DNA from: a bacterium
GTDB taxonomy: Bacteria; Electryoneota; Electryoneia; Electryoneales; Electryoneaceae
Length of the DNA: 64,000 bases
NCBI GenBank assembly: GCA_963669175.1
Contig: OY769902.1
Coordinates: 5,248,001 to 5,312,000, forward strand
Reading direction: 5' to 3'
A program made the translations under genes and the position numbers. The stretch's first letter is position 1, and every line of letters begins with the position of its first letter. The notes below the pieces were generated by a model, which saw only the letters and a program-made list of their open reading frames with translations, was not told where the DNA came from and ran no database searches. Positions 39,187 to 49,722 of this stretch are shown here, piece by piece.

Positions 39187-41703
39187 ATGAAGTCAAGGTT
39201 TTTTGTTCTTCCGGTTTTTTTCCTCTTGTTTTTATTTGTTTTTACAATCCCTTGTTCTGCTTGTCATTTATTTGGCGCAATTGGAACCAGTTCTACCGAC
39301 TTTAATGATGCTTTATCCGAATATTTAGACGATTTACGGGATGAAGCTATTGATGGTGGTGATGTTCACGGTTGGGCAATAATATACTATTACTATGATG
39401 GAGGTACGTTGACTTATGATGTTATCAGATCTGATGAAGATATAGATGACGAAGCTACAGAATTTTCCGCGGCAATTTCTGATGTGATTAGTGAAGATCC
39501 GGTTGCAGTTTTAGCTCATACACGTTACGCTACTGCAGTAACCGGTATTGATGATCCGCACCCTTTCATTTATGCAATGAACGACACAACTTGGTCATTC
39601 ATCCACAATGGTTATTTCGGTTCTCCTGGCGAAGCATGGGAAGGTAATGTCGCCAATATCATAGGCGCAAATTTTGCCGCGCTGGATATCTTCAGAACTG
39701 AACCGCTTACTTACTGGAATGACGACCCAGGTATTCTTGACTCAAAACTTTATAGTATCTTGATGATGAAAAATATTATGATCGACAACACCTATCGCGT
39801 GGGTAATGATTACAGGCTGAATAATACGTATGCTAAATTAGCTTATGCCACTGGTGTTGATGATTACTTTAATTCTATTTTATCAGATGGTCATAGTTTA
39901 TACGTTATTCGCAATGTTGCAGCTGCTTCATATGGTTTATATGAATATATTAATAGTACGGATGATTACAGTATTGTAATGAAGTACAACGATGGCAATG
40001 AAGGAATAGAGTTTGATGAAGTAGAGGCCACGCACTATTACTATTATATGAATGGTGGCGATGAACATCTTGAAGGAAATTTTGGTGGTAACGGTTATTG
40101 GCCCCAGACCTCCTTTTATGTAAATAATGAAACATCATCAGGACAATACTATCCAAGAATATCAACAGGCGATGATGGTAGTTTTGTAACAGTTTGGCGT
40201 ACATCTGATGGCTATCATATAAAGGCAAGATGGCTAAACCAGATGGCGATGGTGGAGAACCTGGAATTTCAGGTTGACCAGACAGCAACCGGATATAAAT
40301 ACTATCCGGATGTCAAACACGATCCTTCTACTGGTGATATTCTTGTTGCATGGTCTGAGCGTGAAGTTGGTGACTCGTATCCTACTCTCATAAAAACACG
40401 TCGTTTTGAATGGAATTCAACAACGCGTATATGGGAAGGGGAAAACGAGGAGACGATTTATGATGGGATTACCCGTCGAGTTGATCAGCCTCGCATCGCT
40501 TTTGCTGACCATGGTGGCTATGTTATCGTATTCGAAAATGACCAGGAACTCTGGGCGTATGGGAAGTATGATGATTGGGGCTCCTTGGCAACCAGGCCAG
40601 CTCATGAAATTGTAGGTATTACCGGTGATCAGTTTTATGATCCAGATGTTGCCTGGATTGGCAATAGTACATATTTAGATAGATATGCTGTTACCTGGTC
40701 TAACAATTCTACAACTGCCGGCGCGTCGGGTGTTTATGCCTGTCATTACAATCCTTATTTAGCAAGCAGTAGTGTGCCAACCCAAATAGAATCAATGGCT
40801 AATCCCGGATACCTGTACGCTAAACCATCAATTACAAGATCCTCACTCAATAACTATATGATAGTTTATTACGAGAGAGGTGATTTAGATGTTCGGGTTA
40901 AAAGGCTTACTGTAAATGGTGGTTTTAATTGTCCGCCACTTACTCTTACGACACATAGCTTAGATGTCACAGGTACTACAGCTAACCCTGTGATAGCAAA
41001 ACACTCCAATTACAAGTATACTGTCGCATATCATGACTACGATAGTGGTCAATATAAAACATTCATTGTTCCTTATTCTAATGGGTTTGGCACACCAGTA
41101 GAAATAACTGATAACACACAAACATCTACTAATAAATATCCTGCAATTGCTATATCACATAATTATCCAGAATATGGAGCCTTAGATTATGAAACTTATT
41201 CTGACAATGATGATTATGAGGAAAGAGTAGTAGTAGTTTGGCAAAGTTATGGCCATGATGGATCTTCATATGGCATTGCTGGCCGTTTAAAAGGATATTT
41301 ACCCGATTCTGATGAATATTTTGATTGGTGGGATCCTTCAAACAATGATGATTTCGCAGGTACTTCACTATTATCATCTAAAAACGGTGGCGATACAGCA
41401 AATTTGCTTGCTGTCGACGAAGACACGGATGATTTGAACTTATCTTATGGGATAAGTGAGATATATCCGAACCCATTTAATCCAACAACAAGTATTAGAT
41501 ACAGTCTTCCTGCAGCAAATCACGTTCAGATTGCAGTATACGACGTGACGGGACGACTTGTGCAAACCCTTTACGATGGAAACAAACAGGTTGGAACTCA
41601 TAGTATCGAGTTCGATGGATCAAAGTTGTCATCAGGCGTATATTTTGTGCGGTTCTTGAGCGGTTCGAAACATGAAGTAAGAAAGATTGTCTTGACAAAG
41701 TAA
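39187..41703 (+). CDS. Secreted class II glutamine amidotransferase-like (Ntn hydrolase) protein with T9SS C-terminal domain
   Basis: Signal peptide then CHLFG; HGWAI, AHTRYAT, DPHPF, WSFIHNG, DS motifs; YPNPFNP C-terminal domain; AT-richer than its neighbours. Confidence 0.75.
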   Translation: MKSRFFVLPVFFLLFLFVFTIPCSACHLFGAIGTSSTDFNDALSEYLDDLRDEAIDGGDVHGWAIIYYYYDGGTLTYDVIRSDEDIDDEATEFSAAISDVISEDPVAVLAHTRYATAVTGIDDPHPFIYAMNDTTWSFIHNGYFGSPGEAWEGNVANIIGANFAALDIFRTEPLTYWNDDPGILDSKLYSILMMKNIMIDNTYRVGNDYRLNNTYAKLAYATGVDDYFNSILSDGHSLYVIRNVAAASYGLYEYINSTDDYSIVMKYNDGNEGIEFDEVEATHYYYYMNGGDEHLEGNFGGNGYWPQTSFYVNNETSSGQYYPRISTGDDGSFVTVWRTSDGYHIKARWLNQMAMVENLEFQVDQTATGYKYYPDVKHDPSTGDILVAWSEREVGDSYPTLIKTRRFEWNSTTRIWEGENEETIYDGITRRVDQPRIAFADHGGYVIVFENDQELWAYGKYDDWGSLATRPAHEIVGITGDQFYDPDVAWIGNSTYLDRYAVTWSNNSTTAGASGVYACHYNPYLASSSVPTQIESMANPGYLYAKPSITRSSLNNYMIVYYERGDLDVRVKRLTVNGGFNCPPLTLTTHSLDVTGTTANPVIAKHSNYKYTVAYHDYDSGQYKTFIVPYSNGFGTPVEITDNTQTSTNKYPAIAISHNYPEYGALDYETYSDNDDYEERVVVVWQSYGHDGSSYGIAGRLKGYLPDSDEYFDWWDPSNNDDFAGTSLLSSKNGGDTANLLAVDEDTDDLNLSYGISEIYPNPFNPTTSIRYSLPAANHVQIAVYDVTGRLVQTLYDGNKQVGTHSIEFDGSKLSSGVYFVRFLSGSKHEVRKIVLTK

Positions 41704-41722
41704 TCGAAACCTGATTCAAATC

Positions 41723-41756
41723 AAGGGGCTGACCGATAACCGGTCAGCCCCTTTTT
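41723..41756 (+). terminator. Intrinsic terminator
   Basis: AAGGGGCTGACCG-ATAAC-CGGTCAGCCCCTTTTT. Confidence 0.85.
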
Positions 41757-42143
41757 GTCTCTGAAAGTGATCGTCTAGCCCGAATATTTCACAATCAAGG
41801 GCGACGACTCACGAGTTTTGCCATCATTTCAAGAGTATAGTCATACACTTACGCAAATCGGGCCATGCGCTCCTATGCAGGACTGTTAGAAACATTCAGG
41901 CATGAAATCGCCTTGTAGCTAACTCACCTTTGACAAGCAGTATCACTTTCATTAGATAAAACTGTCCACCAGGTGCAGCTTACAGGTTGAAAACAACGAA
42001 ATTACGTTGCTTTATCGAGTGTTACAAAGGAGCCCTTTAGGTGGTTTTATTGCACCCTGCTTATGACTTTCAGCTTTGATATTGTGTACTTTACATGGAT
42101 AGCCGGTTTTGACGTTTGCAGCGATAGACACCCGAGGTGAACC

Positions 42144-45100
42144 ATGAAGCGACAGCATGCAATAGCCCTTCTTTTCCTGATGATTTTTACTGCATCTCTA
42201 CAAGCGCAAGTAAGCTGGTGGGAACCGGAAGACGCAGAGCCGGGCGACCTGCTCACGATCTATTACGATGCCAGCCTGGGCACGGTTCCGGCCAACTCGG
42301 ACCACATCAACCTGCACTGGGGAATCAACGAGAACGGCGCCGGAAACTGGATCGAGCCACCGGAATCCATGTGGCCCAATGGAACAGTATCCTGGGGGGA
42401 TGGCGCTGCAGTGCAATCACCTCTTAATGCCGGTGATAATGATATCTGGTCTATTTCTATCCAGACCAACGACACTACGCGCACGCTGCATTATGTCACC
42501 ACTAACGGCAACGACTGGGACAGCAATGGCGGCAGCAACTGGAATATTATCCTGGAAACCCCGGAACCTACAGACAGTACGTGGCATACCTTTGTTTATG
42601 ACACGAGAAGTCAATACGCCACCTTTTCCACGGATGACATCAACTACATCGGTGTTGCTGGTGATTTTAATAACTGGAACGGTACCGCAAATCTTCTGAC
42701 AGTTGACGACAATGGTGTCTATTCGATTGACCTGCGAATCCCGGCTATCCCGACTTCGTACAAGTTTGTGGTAAACGGCAACAACTGGACCGCCGACCCC
42801 GACAATCCCTATACCGACGGCAGCGAATACGGCAACAGTTATCTCGAACTGGAAACCCGCGATACTCCCAGCTTCTGGCGCCTGCAACCAACAGACGGCA
42901 CCATTGTTCCCCCTGGCGGGTCGGTATCCATCGCCGGATTCGTTCACCCTGCCGATGTGGAAGGCACTATCGGCGAAACAGTAACCGTTTCCTTCCTCGG
43001 ACAGGACTACAACCTGACCATAGATGAATCCACAGGCGCTTTCGGCCCACAGGAAGTCACCATCGGCATGGGCATGACTGAAGGCGCCTATGAGGCTGAA
43101 TTTGAAGTGACTGATGGAAATAACGAATCCTATACCGCACGTACCCGAATCGGCATCTATGAAGGCAATGATGGCTTCCACGCGATTGATGCAATCGGTG
43201 ACAACAAGGGTCCGGGGTATTATACTGTTCCGGTCATTGGTCCAATGGAACCAAGCTTTGACTTGACTGAAGTACATATCTATGAATCCACTTACGGTGA
43301 TTCGATCAGGTTTGAAATCACGTATAACAGCGGCGATGATCATGAATTTGCCCGTACGTTGATCCAGATTTCATCTACCATAGCCGGGATGGAAGTTGAA
43401 CCATCGTACGCTCCCATCGAAGTAGCAACTCCAGAATGGAACGGTACAGGTGTTCAATTATTCATTTGTGAAACTGAATTAGCGGATTCATCGCATTCAG
43501 CCTGCAATCGAATTATTGTTGCCAATGATCCTTATACCATTGGAGCAGAAATCAGCTTTGACCATGAGTTTTTTAATGCCTACGGATTGCTGTTTTTTAC
43601 CGTTTCAGTAGCTGATCTGGAAGCGATCTTGGGATCATACAATACAGGTTGGTATTACTCTATCATGACGATGCGCGAGGGAGATGATGGAGAAGCTGGA
43701 ATATATGAAATTGGACCAAATTACGGCGGTTCTGCGGATGGCAGTTCGCCCGATGTCTACGATATCATGTTCACCGATGATCCGGCCACGCAATACCGTG
43801 TGCTGGACAACTATTCCTCGGATCGCATTGCCACCCTGGACAACTTGGGACGTGGCTTCACATTGATCAATCCGGAGGAGATTGGTCCCAACGTGGGCAG
43901 CGACGGCCCGGTCATGCGCTGGCTGGGACATGGCGCGCCGACAGTGCGTGAGCACTGGACCCTATGGGGCTATATCGGCTCAGATATTGAACAAAGCATT
44001 ACAGTCGTTCAAACATCGGATGAAGGCACCGTAGAACATACTGTTCAGGCCATGACCGACACCTTCTCCCTGGATGTTACTCTTGAACCGGGCGTCAACT
44101 CGTTCCAGGCCTATGTGGTCGCGGATGAGGACACTACCTGGTCCCCGGTGATGAACTGGGAACTGATCCGGGTGCTGGCGCCGTTTGCCGTGTTTGACAA
44201 CTACATAGACGGTGACCGGGTATACCTTGACGCTTCCTCGAGTTACGATCCTCAAAGCCAGGAAATAAGCTACCAATGGGTATCCGATCCGGACAACCCG
44301 GAAGAGATTGATGTCTGGAATAACGACAGCGATGTCGCATCCTTCGAGATTCCCACCATTTCAGGAGAATACTATTTCGACCTGACACTGACCGACCCGG
44401 ATGAAAATGTTACCCGTGCCCGAACCCTTGTCACCGTGTACCCTGATTCGGTACATCCCTTCACACTCAACGAATGTGCGGCATGGGTGGACAATGCTGT
44501 TGTCTACGAGATCTTTGTCCGTGCCTATGCGCAGGAAAATGTGCTGATGAGTATTGCCGATGACATGCAGCGTATCGCTGACCTCGGCGTAACTGCTGTC
44601 TGGCTCACCCCCATCTTCCCGGGACCAACCGCACACGGCTACGAGATCACCGATTATTACGGCATCGACAGCGATCTCGGGACCATGGCTGATTTTGATT
44701 ATCTCGTGGAACAGGCTCATGCTCATGGGCTTAAAGTGATCCTCGACCTGGTAATCAACCACAGTTCCATTCAACATCCCTTGATGCGGGACGCCATCGC
44801 TTATGGCGAATACAGCCCGTATTTCGACTGGTATGATCGTGACGTTCACGGAAACCACGAGTATTATTACGACTGGTATTCCCTGCCCAACTTCAATTTT
44901 GACAATCCGGATGTCTGGCATTACCTGGTGAAGATGTCGCTGTGGTGGGTTACGGAACATGATGTTGACGGCTATCGTTGTGATGTCGCCTGGGGTCCAA
45001 TGGAACGTAATGATGAGTTCTGGGTGGCATGGCGGGAAGCGCTGAAAACTGTGAAACCGGAAGTATTCCTCCTGGGTGAAGCCGGGGCAAGTGGGTTCAG

Positions 45101-46103
45101 CATCTTCGAAGATCGTTTTGACCTGGCCTATGACTGGAACCTGCACCATGAAGGCAGCGCCAGTTTCAGCAACATGTTCCCCGGACCGCCCAACCTGAAC
45201 AACCTGAACACGCTGATCACCAATTACGGCGTCGATTGGCCGGCATACAAGAACCCGTTCCGCTTCATGGAAAACCATGATGAGTCACGCTATATCTCGT
45301 ACAACACACCCAGCCAGACCAGGCTGGCAGCCCAACTTCTCCTGAGCATTCCCGGTGTGCCCATGATTTATGCCGGGCAGGAAATAGGTGTCTCCAGCCA
45401 GCGCGGTCAGATTCCCTGGGGAACAGATCCCGATGGTGTGAGCTGGCGCTACAGCAGCCTGCTGGCCGCAAGAAACCAGTTTGCCGCGCTACGTACCGGC
45501 AGTTATGAAATTCTGAACAACGATCAGAACAGCTTTGTCTATACTGTCGGACGTTATATCGAAGGTGAACCTATTGTGGTTTCCGCGATGAATTTCTTTA
45601 GTTCGTCACGTGTTCCAACGATCCAATTGCCCGTTGAAGAATGGGGGCTTGATCCGGATTCAACGTATTACCTGAGCGACGTTTTCGGTGGTCATGTATA
45701 CGAACGGACCGGAGCGAATCTGTCCACTATTATTACCAGCATCAGCAGTTACAGCGGGAAAATGTGGGTGATTGCCGACAGCGCTTACGATCTTGGCGTA
45801 TCGAGCACACCTGTGGATCTACCGCTTACCTGGTCGCTGGGACAGAACTACCCGAATCCGTTCAATCCATCCTGTTCGATCGAATTCACCATTCCCCAGG
45901 CATCAGATGTTCGCCTTGAAGTGTTCAATGTTCTGGGACAACGTGTGGCGATGTTGACCGATCAACATTTCACCGCAGGACAGCATTCGGTGATGTGGAA
46001 CGGTACCGCGGATAACGGGTTGCCGTTGGCATCCGGTATGTACTTCTACCGGATCAATGCGGGAACCTTCACAGCAACACGCAAGATGATGCTGATGAAG
46101 TAG
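42144..46103 (+). CDS. Secreted GH13 alpha-amylase family enzyme with CBM and PKD-like modules and T9SS C-terminal domain
   Basis: DLVINH, DGYRCDVA, LLGE, FMENHDE conserved regions; VAGDFNNW CBM48-like; QNYPNPFNP. Confidence 0.9.
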   Translation: MKRQHAIALLFLMIFTASLQAQVSWWEPEDAEPGDLLTIYYDASLGTVPANSDHINLHWGINENGAGNWIEPPESMWPNGTVSWGDGAAVQSPLNAGDNDIWSISIQTNDTTRTLHYVTTNGNDWDSNGGSNWNIILETPEPTDSTWHTFVYDTRSQYATFSTDDINYIGVAGDFNNWNGTANLLTVDDNGVYSIDLRIPAIPTSYKFVVNGNNWTADPDNPYTDGSEYGNSYLELETRDTPSFWRLQPTDGTIVPPGGSVSIAGFVHPADVEGTIGETVTVSFLGQDYNLTIDESTGAFGPQEVTIGMGMTEGAYEAEFEVTDGNNESYTARTRIGIYEGNDGFHAIDAIGDNKGPGYYTVPVIGPMEPSFDLTEVHIYESTYGDSIRFEITYNSGDDHEFARTLIQISSTIAGMEVEPSYAPIEVATPEWNGTGVQLFICETELADSSHSACNRIIVANDPYTIGAEISFDHEFFNAYGLLFFTVSVADLEAILGSYNTGWYYSIMTMREGDDGEAGIYEIGPNYGGSADGSSPDVYDIMFTDDPATQYRVLDNYSSDRIATLDNLGRGFTLINPEEIGPNVGSDGPVMRWLGHGAPTVREHWTLWGYIGSDIEQSITVVQTSDEGTVEHTVQAMTDTFSLDVTLEPGVNSFQAYVVADEDTTWSPVMNWELIRVLAPFAVFDNYIDGDRVYLDASSSYDPQSQEISYQWVSDPDNPEEIDVWNNDSDVASFEIPTISGEYYFDLTLTDPDENVTRARTLVTVYPDSVHPFTLNECAAWVDNAVVYEIFVRAYAQENVLMSIADDMQRIADLGVTAVWLTPIFPGPTAHGYEITDYYGIDSDLGTMADFDYLVEQAHAHGLKVILDLVINHSSIQHPLMRDAIAYGEYSPYFDWYDRDVHGNHEYYYDWYSLPNFNFDNPDVWHYLVKMSLWWVTEHDVDGYRCDVAWGPMERNDEFWVAWREALKTVKPEVFLLGEAGASGFSIFEDRFDLAYDWNLHHEGSASFSNMFPGPPNLNNLNTLITNYGVDWPAYKNPFRFMENHDESRYISYNTPSQTRLAAQLLLSIPGVPMIYAGQEIGVSSQRGQIPWGTDPDGVSWRYSSLLAARNQFAALRTGSYEILNNDQNSFVYTVGRYIEGEPIVVSAMNFFSSSRVPTIQLPVEEWGLDPDSTYYLSDVFGGHVYERTGANLSTIITSISSYSGKMWVIADSAYDLGVSSTPVDLPLTWSLGQNYPNPFNPSCSIEFTIPQASDVRLEVFNVLGQRVAMLTDQHFTAGQHSVMWNGTADNGLPLASGMYFYRINAGTFTATRKMMLMK

Positions 46104-46596
46104 GAAGTGAAAAAAGTAGACAGTGAAAAAGGTGAAAAAAGAGGTAGCGTAACCCGGCCACCTGTGCGTCAACCGACGGATGCCTGGCCGGGAAGAAAAC
46201 GGGGACAGACTACAAAGTGTCGAAGATCGCGTGGCCCGGGTGCTTGCACCCGGGGATAAGTGTTTCCGGCCACCTACAACAGTGCTAGTGGACCGAAAGC
46301 AAGTAAAAAATATCTGAATGTATAGCCTATTATTAATTTCTCATTATTAACTGTTTACACGTGTGGCCCGATTTGCGGGTTGTGCTGGCAATACTTCGAA
46401 AATGTAAACAATAAACGAGATTGCAGATTCTGAATCATCATTAAGAGCAAGTCGGGAATGCTACTACAAGAGGACAAACTCCCTTATCTGAATAAGAATA
46501 GACCACCGCCGGTCAGCCGCCTGCGCTACGCTTCGGCTTGCTTCAAACCGGCGGGGCCAAAAGAGTGTTAAGCAAAACCGTTTTAAGGGGGAAAGC

Positions 46597-49500
46597 ATGC
46601 GCAACCCGGGAGGGGATTTGCGGTTTGTAGCTTTGTTCACGTTGATCATGATGGCGTTTTCTATTCATACCGGCTCGGCAGCCGAAGACGATCTATCCTA
46701 TGACCTCAACTACCTGGACCAGATGGGCATCACCATGGAACCCGGTTCAGGACGCCCTTACATCTATTCCGGGCGCGGTTCCTCCTTTTTTTACGGTTCT
46801 ACCCGCACCTTCACCGAAGAAGGGTGGATGGGTTTCCACTGGGACCGTCGCAAGCTCTGGGACGACTGGATGGTCGTGGTTGATGGCGATCCGTTGGACC
46901 GAAACCTCGCCACAGTGACAGTCTACCCGCACCAAGTCGTGTTCAACTGGCCCGAGGGGCATGAACTGAGCATCCGTCTGCTCGGCGTGAAACGTGATGA
47001 CCTGCAATTCGTCTTCTCCACCCCGAAAGTGGACGTCGAATGCAACCTGTTCCTCATGTTCCCGCAGGGTTCGGATATCCCCGAAGCAAAGCGTGAAAAA
47101 CCTCTCCGTTTCCTGCCTGTCATGGTACCAACCGGTGAGGATACGGTCGGTGTCGCTTTCGGCAGCAAGACCACGTTCTCCGTGCGACAGATTCAACCGG
47201 TGCGGAATTCCGCCCACGGTCCCGACAGTGGGCAACTGGCCGGAAAAACCATCTTTGGTATCGGCTTCCCGGTGAACCGTTTTGAGGCGACAGTCGTCTA
47301 CGGTCAAGACCCGCTCTACCTCGAACAACGTCTGACCGATCTGTACAACCACCTTGGCGTGGAATGGCAGAACCGTCAGCATTGGCTGCTGGACGAGATC
47401 AACCGTGCCGTGTTCAAATGCTCCGACGAACGTTTCACCCTTGCGGTAAACTGGGCCAAGGTTTCGCTTGCCAGGCTGTTCTTCGAGGATGAAAAGGGCG
47501 TTTTGCTCTGGGCGGGACTGCCCTGGTTCAACAACTGCTGGGGACGTGATACGTTCATTTCCCTTCCGGGGGCGTGCCTGGTGCTGGGCAAATACGATGA
47601 CGCCAAAGCGATCCTGCAACGTTTCGCCGAATGGCAGATGCGTAATCCCAACTCCCCTGACTACGGTAAAATACCCAACCTGGTCTCCGGCGGCGAGATC
47701 ATGTACAACACCGCTGACGGCACCCCCTGGTTTGTCCGTGAGGTGTTCGAATACGGCCTCTACAGCGGTGATACCGACCTGTGGCAAGCCTATCTGCAAC
47801 CGAACACAGGGGCGGTCTGGTTGGCCAATGAGGGCACCATCGCCCATCGTCTCGATCCGCTCGGGTTCGTGGTGCATGGCGACGCCGATACATGGATGGA
47901 CGCGAAGGGCATGGACGGAGCCTGGTCACCACGCGGGAATCGTGCGGTCGAAATCCAGGCGCTATGGATTACCCAGCTCGACGTATCCATCAAAATGGCC
48001 GAAGCTTTGGGTGAATCCAACCCGGTCCCCGCCGCCACGTTGGAACGCTGGAAGCAACAACTCGAACAATCTAAAACCAGTTTCCAGTCGGAGTTTGTCA
48101 AGCAGGATCCACCCGGCCTGTATGATCACCTGAACTCGGATGGCGCCCCGGACGACAAGATCCGCCCGAACCAGCTCTTCGCCATCAGCGCGGTGTCCGA
48201 TACCCTGCTCAGTGATGAGGTAGCGGAAGCGGTAGTCAACGAGGTGCGTGAACATTGCGTCTATCCCTGGGGTGTGGCCTCACTGGCGCAGAATGATCCC
48301 GACTTCCACCCCTACCACCAGACCTGGCATTATCCCAAAGACGAAGCCTATCACAACGGGATCGTGTGGACCTGGCTGGCGGGACCGTTCATCACAGCCG
48401 CGGGAGGTTCGTGGCCGCTGACCGAGCAAATGGCGACGCAAATCCTCGACTGGGGCGCGCCGGGCACACTGAGCGAAAACCTGGCTGCGGTACCACGTGA
48501 TGGCAATGATCATCCTTATTGCAGTGGAACTGTATCCCAGACCTGGTCGCTGGCGGAATTCATCCGAAACCTGTACCAGGATTACCTGGGGGTGCGGCCT
48601 AGCTTTACTGAGTACGAGTTGATCGAAAAAGAGAAGATTCCAAGATGGATTTTGAATCCTCATGTACCTATAGCTTGGAATTCTGCACAGGTGTTAGTTC
48701 CTGTCAAGGATGCTTTTTTAAAAGCATCCTGTCATCGAGTAGATCAGAAACCGGTTGGATCGGTATTCTATAAATATGTGAATACTAGCGGAATTGCTAT
48801 TGAGAAGTTGGTTTTGCCTGTCAGAGCAATTCCCATTAAACCCATAATTCCAATAGACATTGGCCTCAAAAATCAATGGATGATAACGCCTACGGACGGT
48901 AATTGGGTAATGTATGATATGGGTGGTGATGAGTTATACCCCGGTTCGACCGACTTCCCCGCTAGTCCCGCCAATGAGGATATGACTTTCCTCGAGCCTC
49001 ACATCGCGCCGGACCTGAAATCGCTTGCTCCACCGGACTGGTACCTGATGTCGCAGGATGAGGTGACGGTGCAGCCACGCGCCAGCATCCCGGTCTGTTC
49101 GGTGGTGGACGAGACCAACGATGATCATGGCGGTTCCGGTTACACCTATCCCAAGGCGGCGGTGTTCAAGCCGGGCATCCTTGACCTGACTGGGTTCGTA
49201 GTGCGTGAGGATGGCCTGCGTATCTATTTCGAGCTGGATTTCGCGGCTCTGGTCAATCCCGGCTGGCACAAGGAGTACGGCTTCCAGCTCACCTACGCCA
49301 CCATTTGCATCCATTCCGGGACCAAGGGCGAAAAGACCCGTACCGACGTAGGACGCAATTCTGGCTGGAAGCTGGACAAGGATTTTGCGGCGGATCGGTT
49401 CATCTATGTAGGCGGCCCGATTGACGTGGAAGATGCGTCAGGAAAAATGCTGGCGCAGTATGTCCCTCGTGACGCGTCAGGACGTATTGGCGATGTGGAC

Positions 49501-49722
49501 CGGGGAATCATACGCTTTGGCATTCCGAGGCGCTTCCTGCCGGGTGATCCGTCACAATGGAAAATAACCGTACTGGTCGGTGGGCAGGATGATCATGGCG
49601 GCGCGGGAACCGGGGAGTTCCGTTCGGTGGACAAGGAAGCGTCCGAGTGGATCGGTGGCGGTGGTGGACCGGATAAACACAATGTCTACGACTGGCTCAT
49701 GATCGACCCTTTACAGGAATGA
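46597..49722 (+). CDS. Amylo-alpha-1,6-glucosidase (GH133-like) with C-terminal glucodextranase/DOMON-like domain
   Basis: AGLPWF..WGRDTFISLPG, YNTADGTPW, TWMDAK, RPNQLFA, YHNGIVW, SQTWS; DDHGGSGYTYP...DLTGF. Confidence 0.85.
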   Translation: MRNPGGDLRFVALFTLIMMAFSIHTGSAAEDDLSYDLNYLDQMGITMEPGSGRPYIYSGRGSSFFYGSTRTFTEEGWMGFHWDRRKLWDDWMVVVDGDPLDRNLATVTVYPHQVVFNWPEGHELSIRLLGVKRDDLQFVFSTPKVDVECNLFLMFPQGSDIPEAKREKPLRFLPVMVPTGEDTVGVAFGSKTTFSVRQIQPVRNSAHGPDSGQLAGKTIFGIGFPVNRFEATVVYGQDPLYLEQRLTDLYNHLGVEWQNRQHWLLDEINRAVFKCSDERFTLAVNWAKVSLARLFFEDEKGVLLWAGLPWFNNCWGRDTFISLPGACLVLGKYDDAKAILQRFAEWQMRNPNSPDYGKIPNLVSGGEIMYNTADGTPWFVREVFEYGLYSGDTDLWQAYLQPNTGAVWLANEGTIAHRLDPLGFVVHGDADTWMDAKGMDGAWSPRGNRAVEIQALWITQLDVSIKMAEALGESNPVPAATLERWKQQLEQSKTSFQSEFVKQDPPGLYDHLNSDGAPDDKIRPNQLFAISAVSDTLLSDEVAEAVVNEVREHCVYPWGVASLAQNDPDFHPYHQTWHYPKDEAYHNGIVWTWLAGPFITAAGGSWPLTEQMATQILDWGAPGTLSENLAAVPRDGNDHPYCSGTVSQTWSLAEFIRNLYQDYLGVRPSFTEYELIEKEKIPRWILNPHVPIAWNSAQVLVPVKDAFLKASCHRVDQKPVGSVFYKYVNTSGIAIEKLVLPVRAIPIKPIIPIDIGLKNQWMITPTDGNWVMYDMGGDELYPGSTDFPASPANEDMTFLEPHIAPDLKSLAPPDWYLMSQDEVTVQPRASIPVCSVVDETNDDHGGSGYTYPKAAVFKPGILDLTGFVVREDGLRIYFELDFAALVNPGWHKEYGFQLTYATICIHSGTKGEKTRTDVGRNSGWKLDKDFAADRFIYVGGPIDVEDASGKMLAQYVPRDASGRIGDVDRGIIRFGIPRRFLPGDPSQWKITVLVGGQDDHGGAGTGEFRSVDKEASEWIGGGGGPDKHNVYDWLMIDPLQE

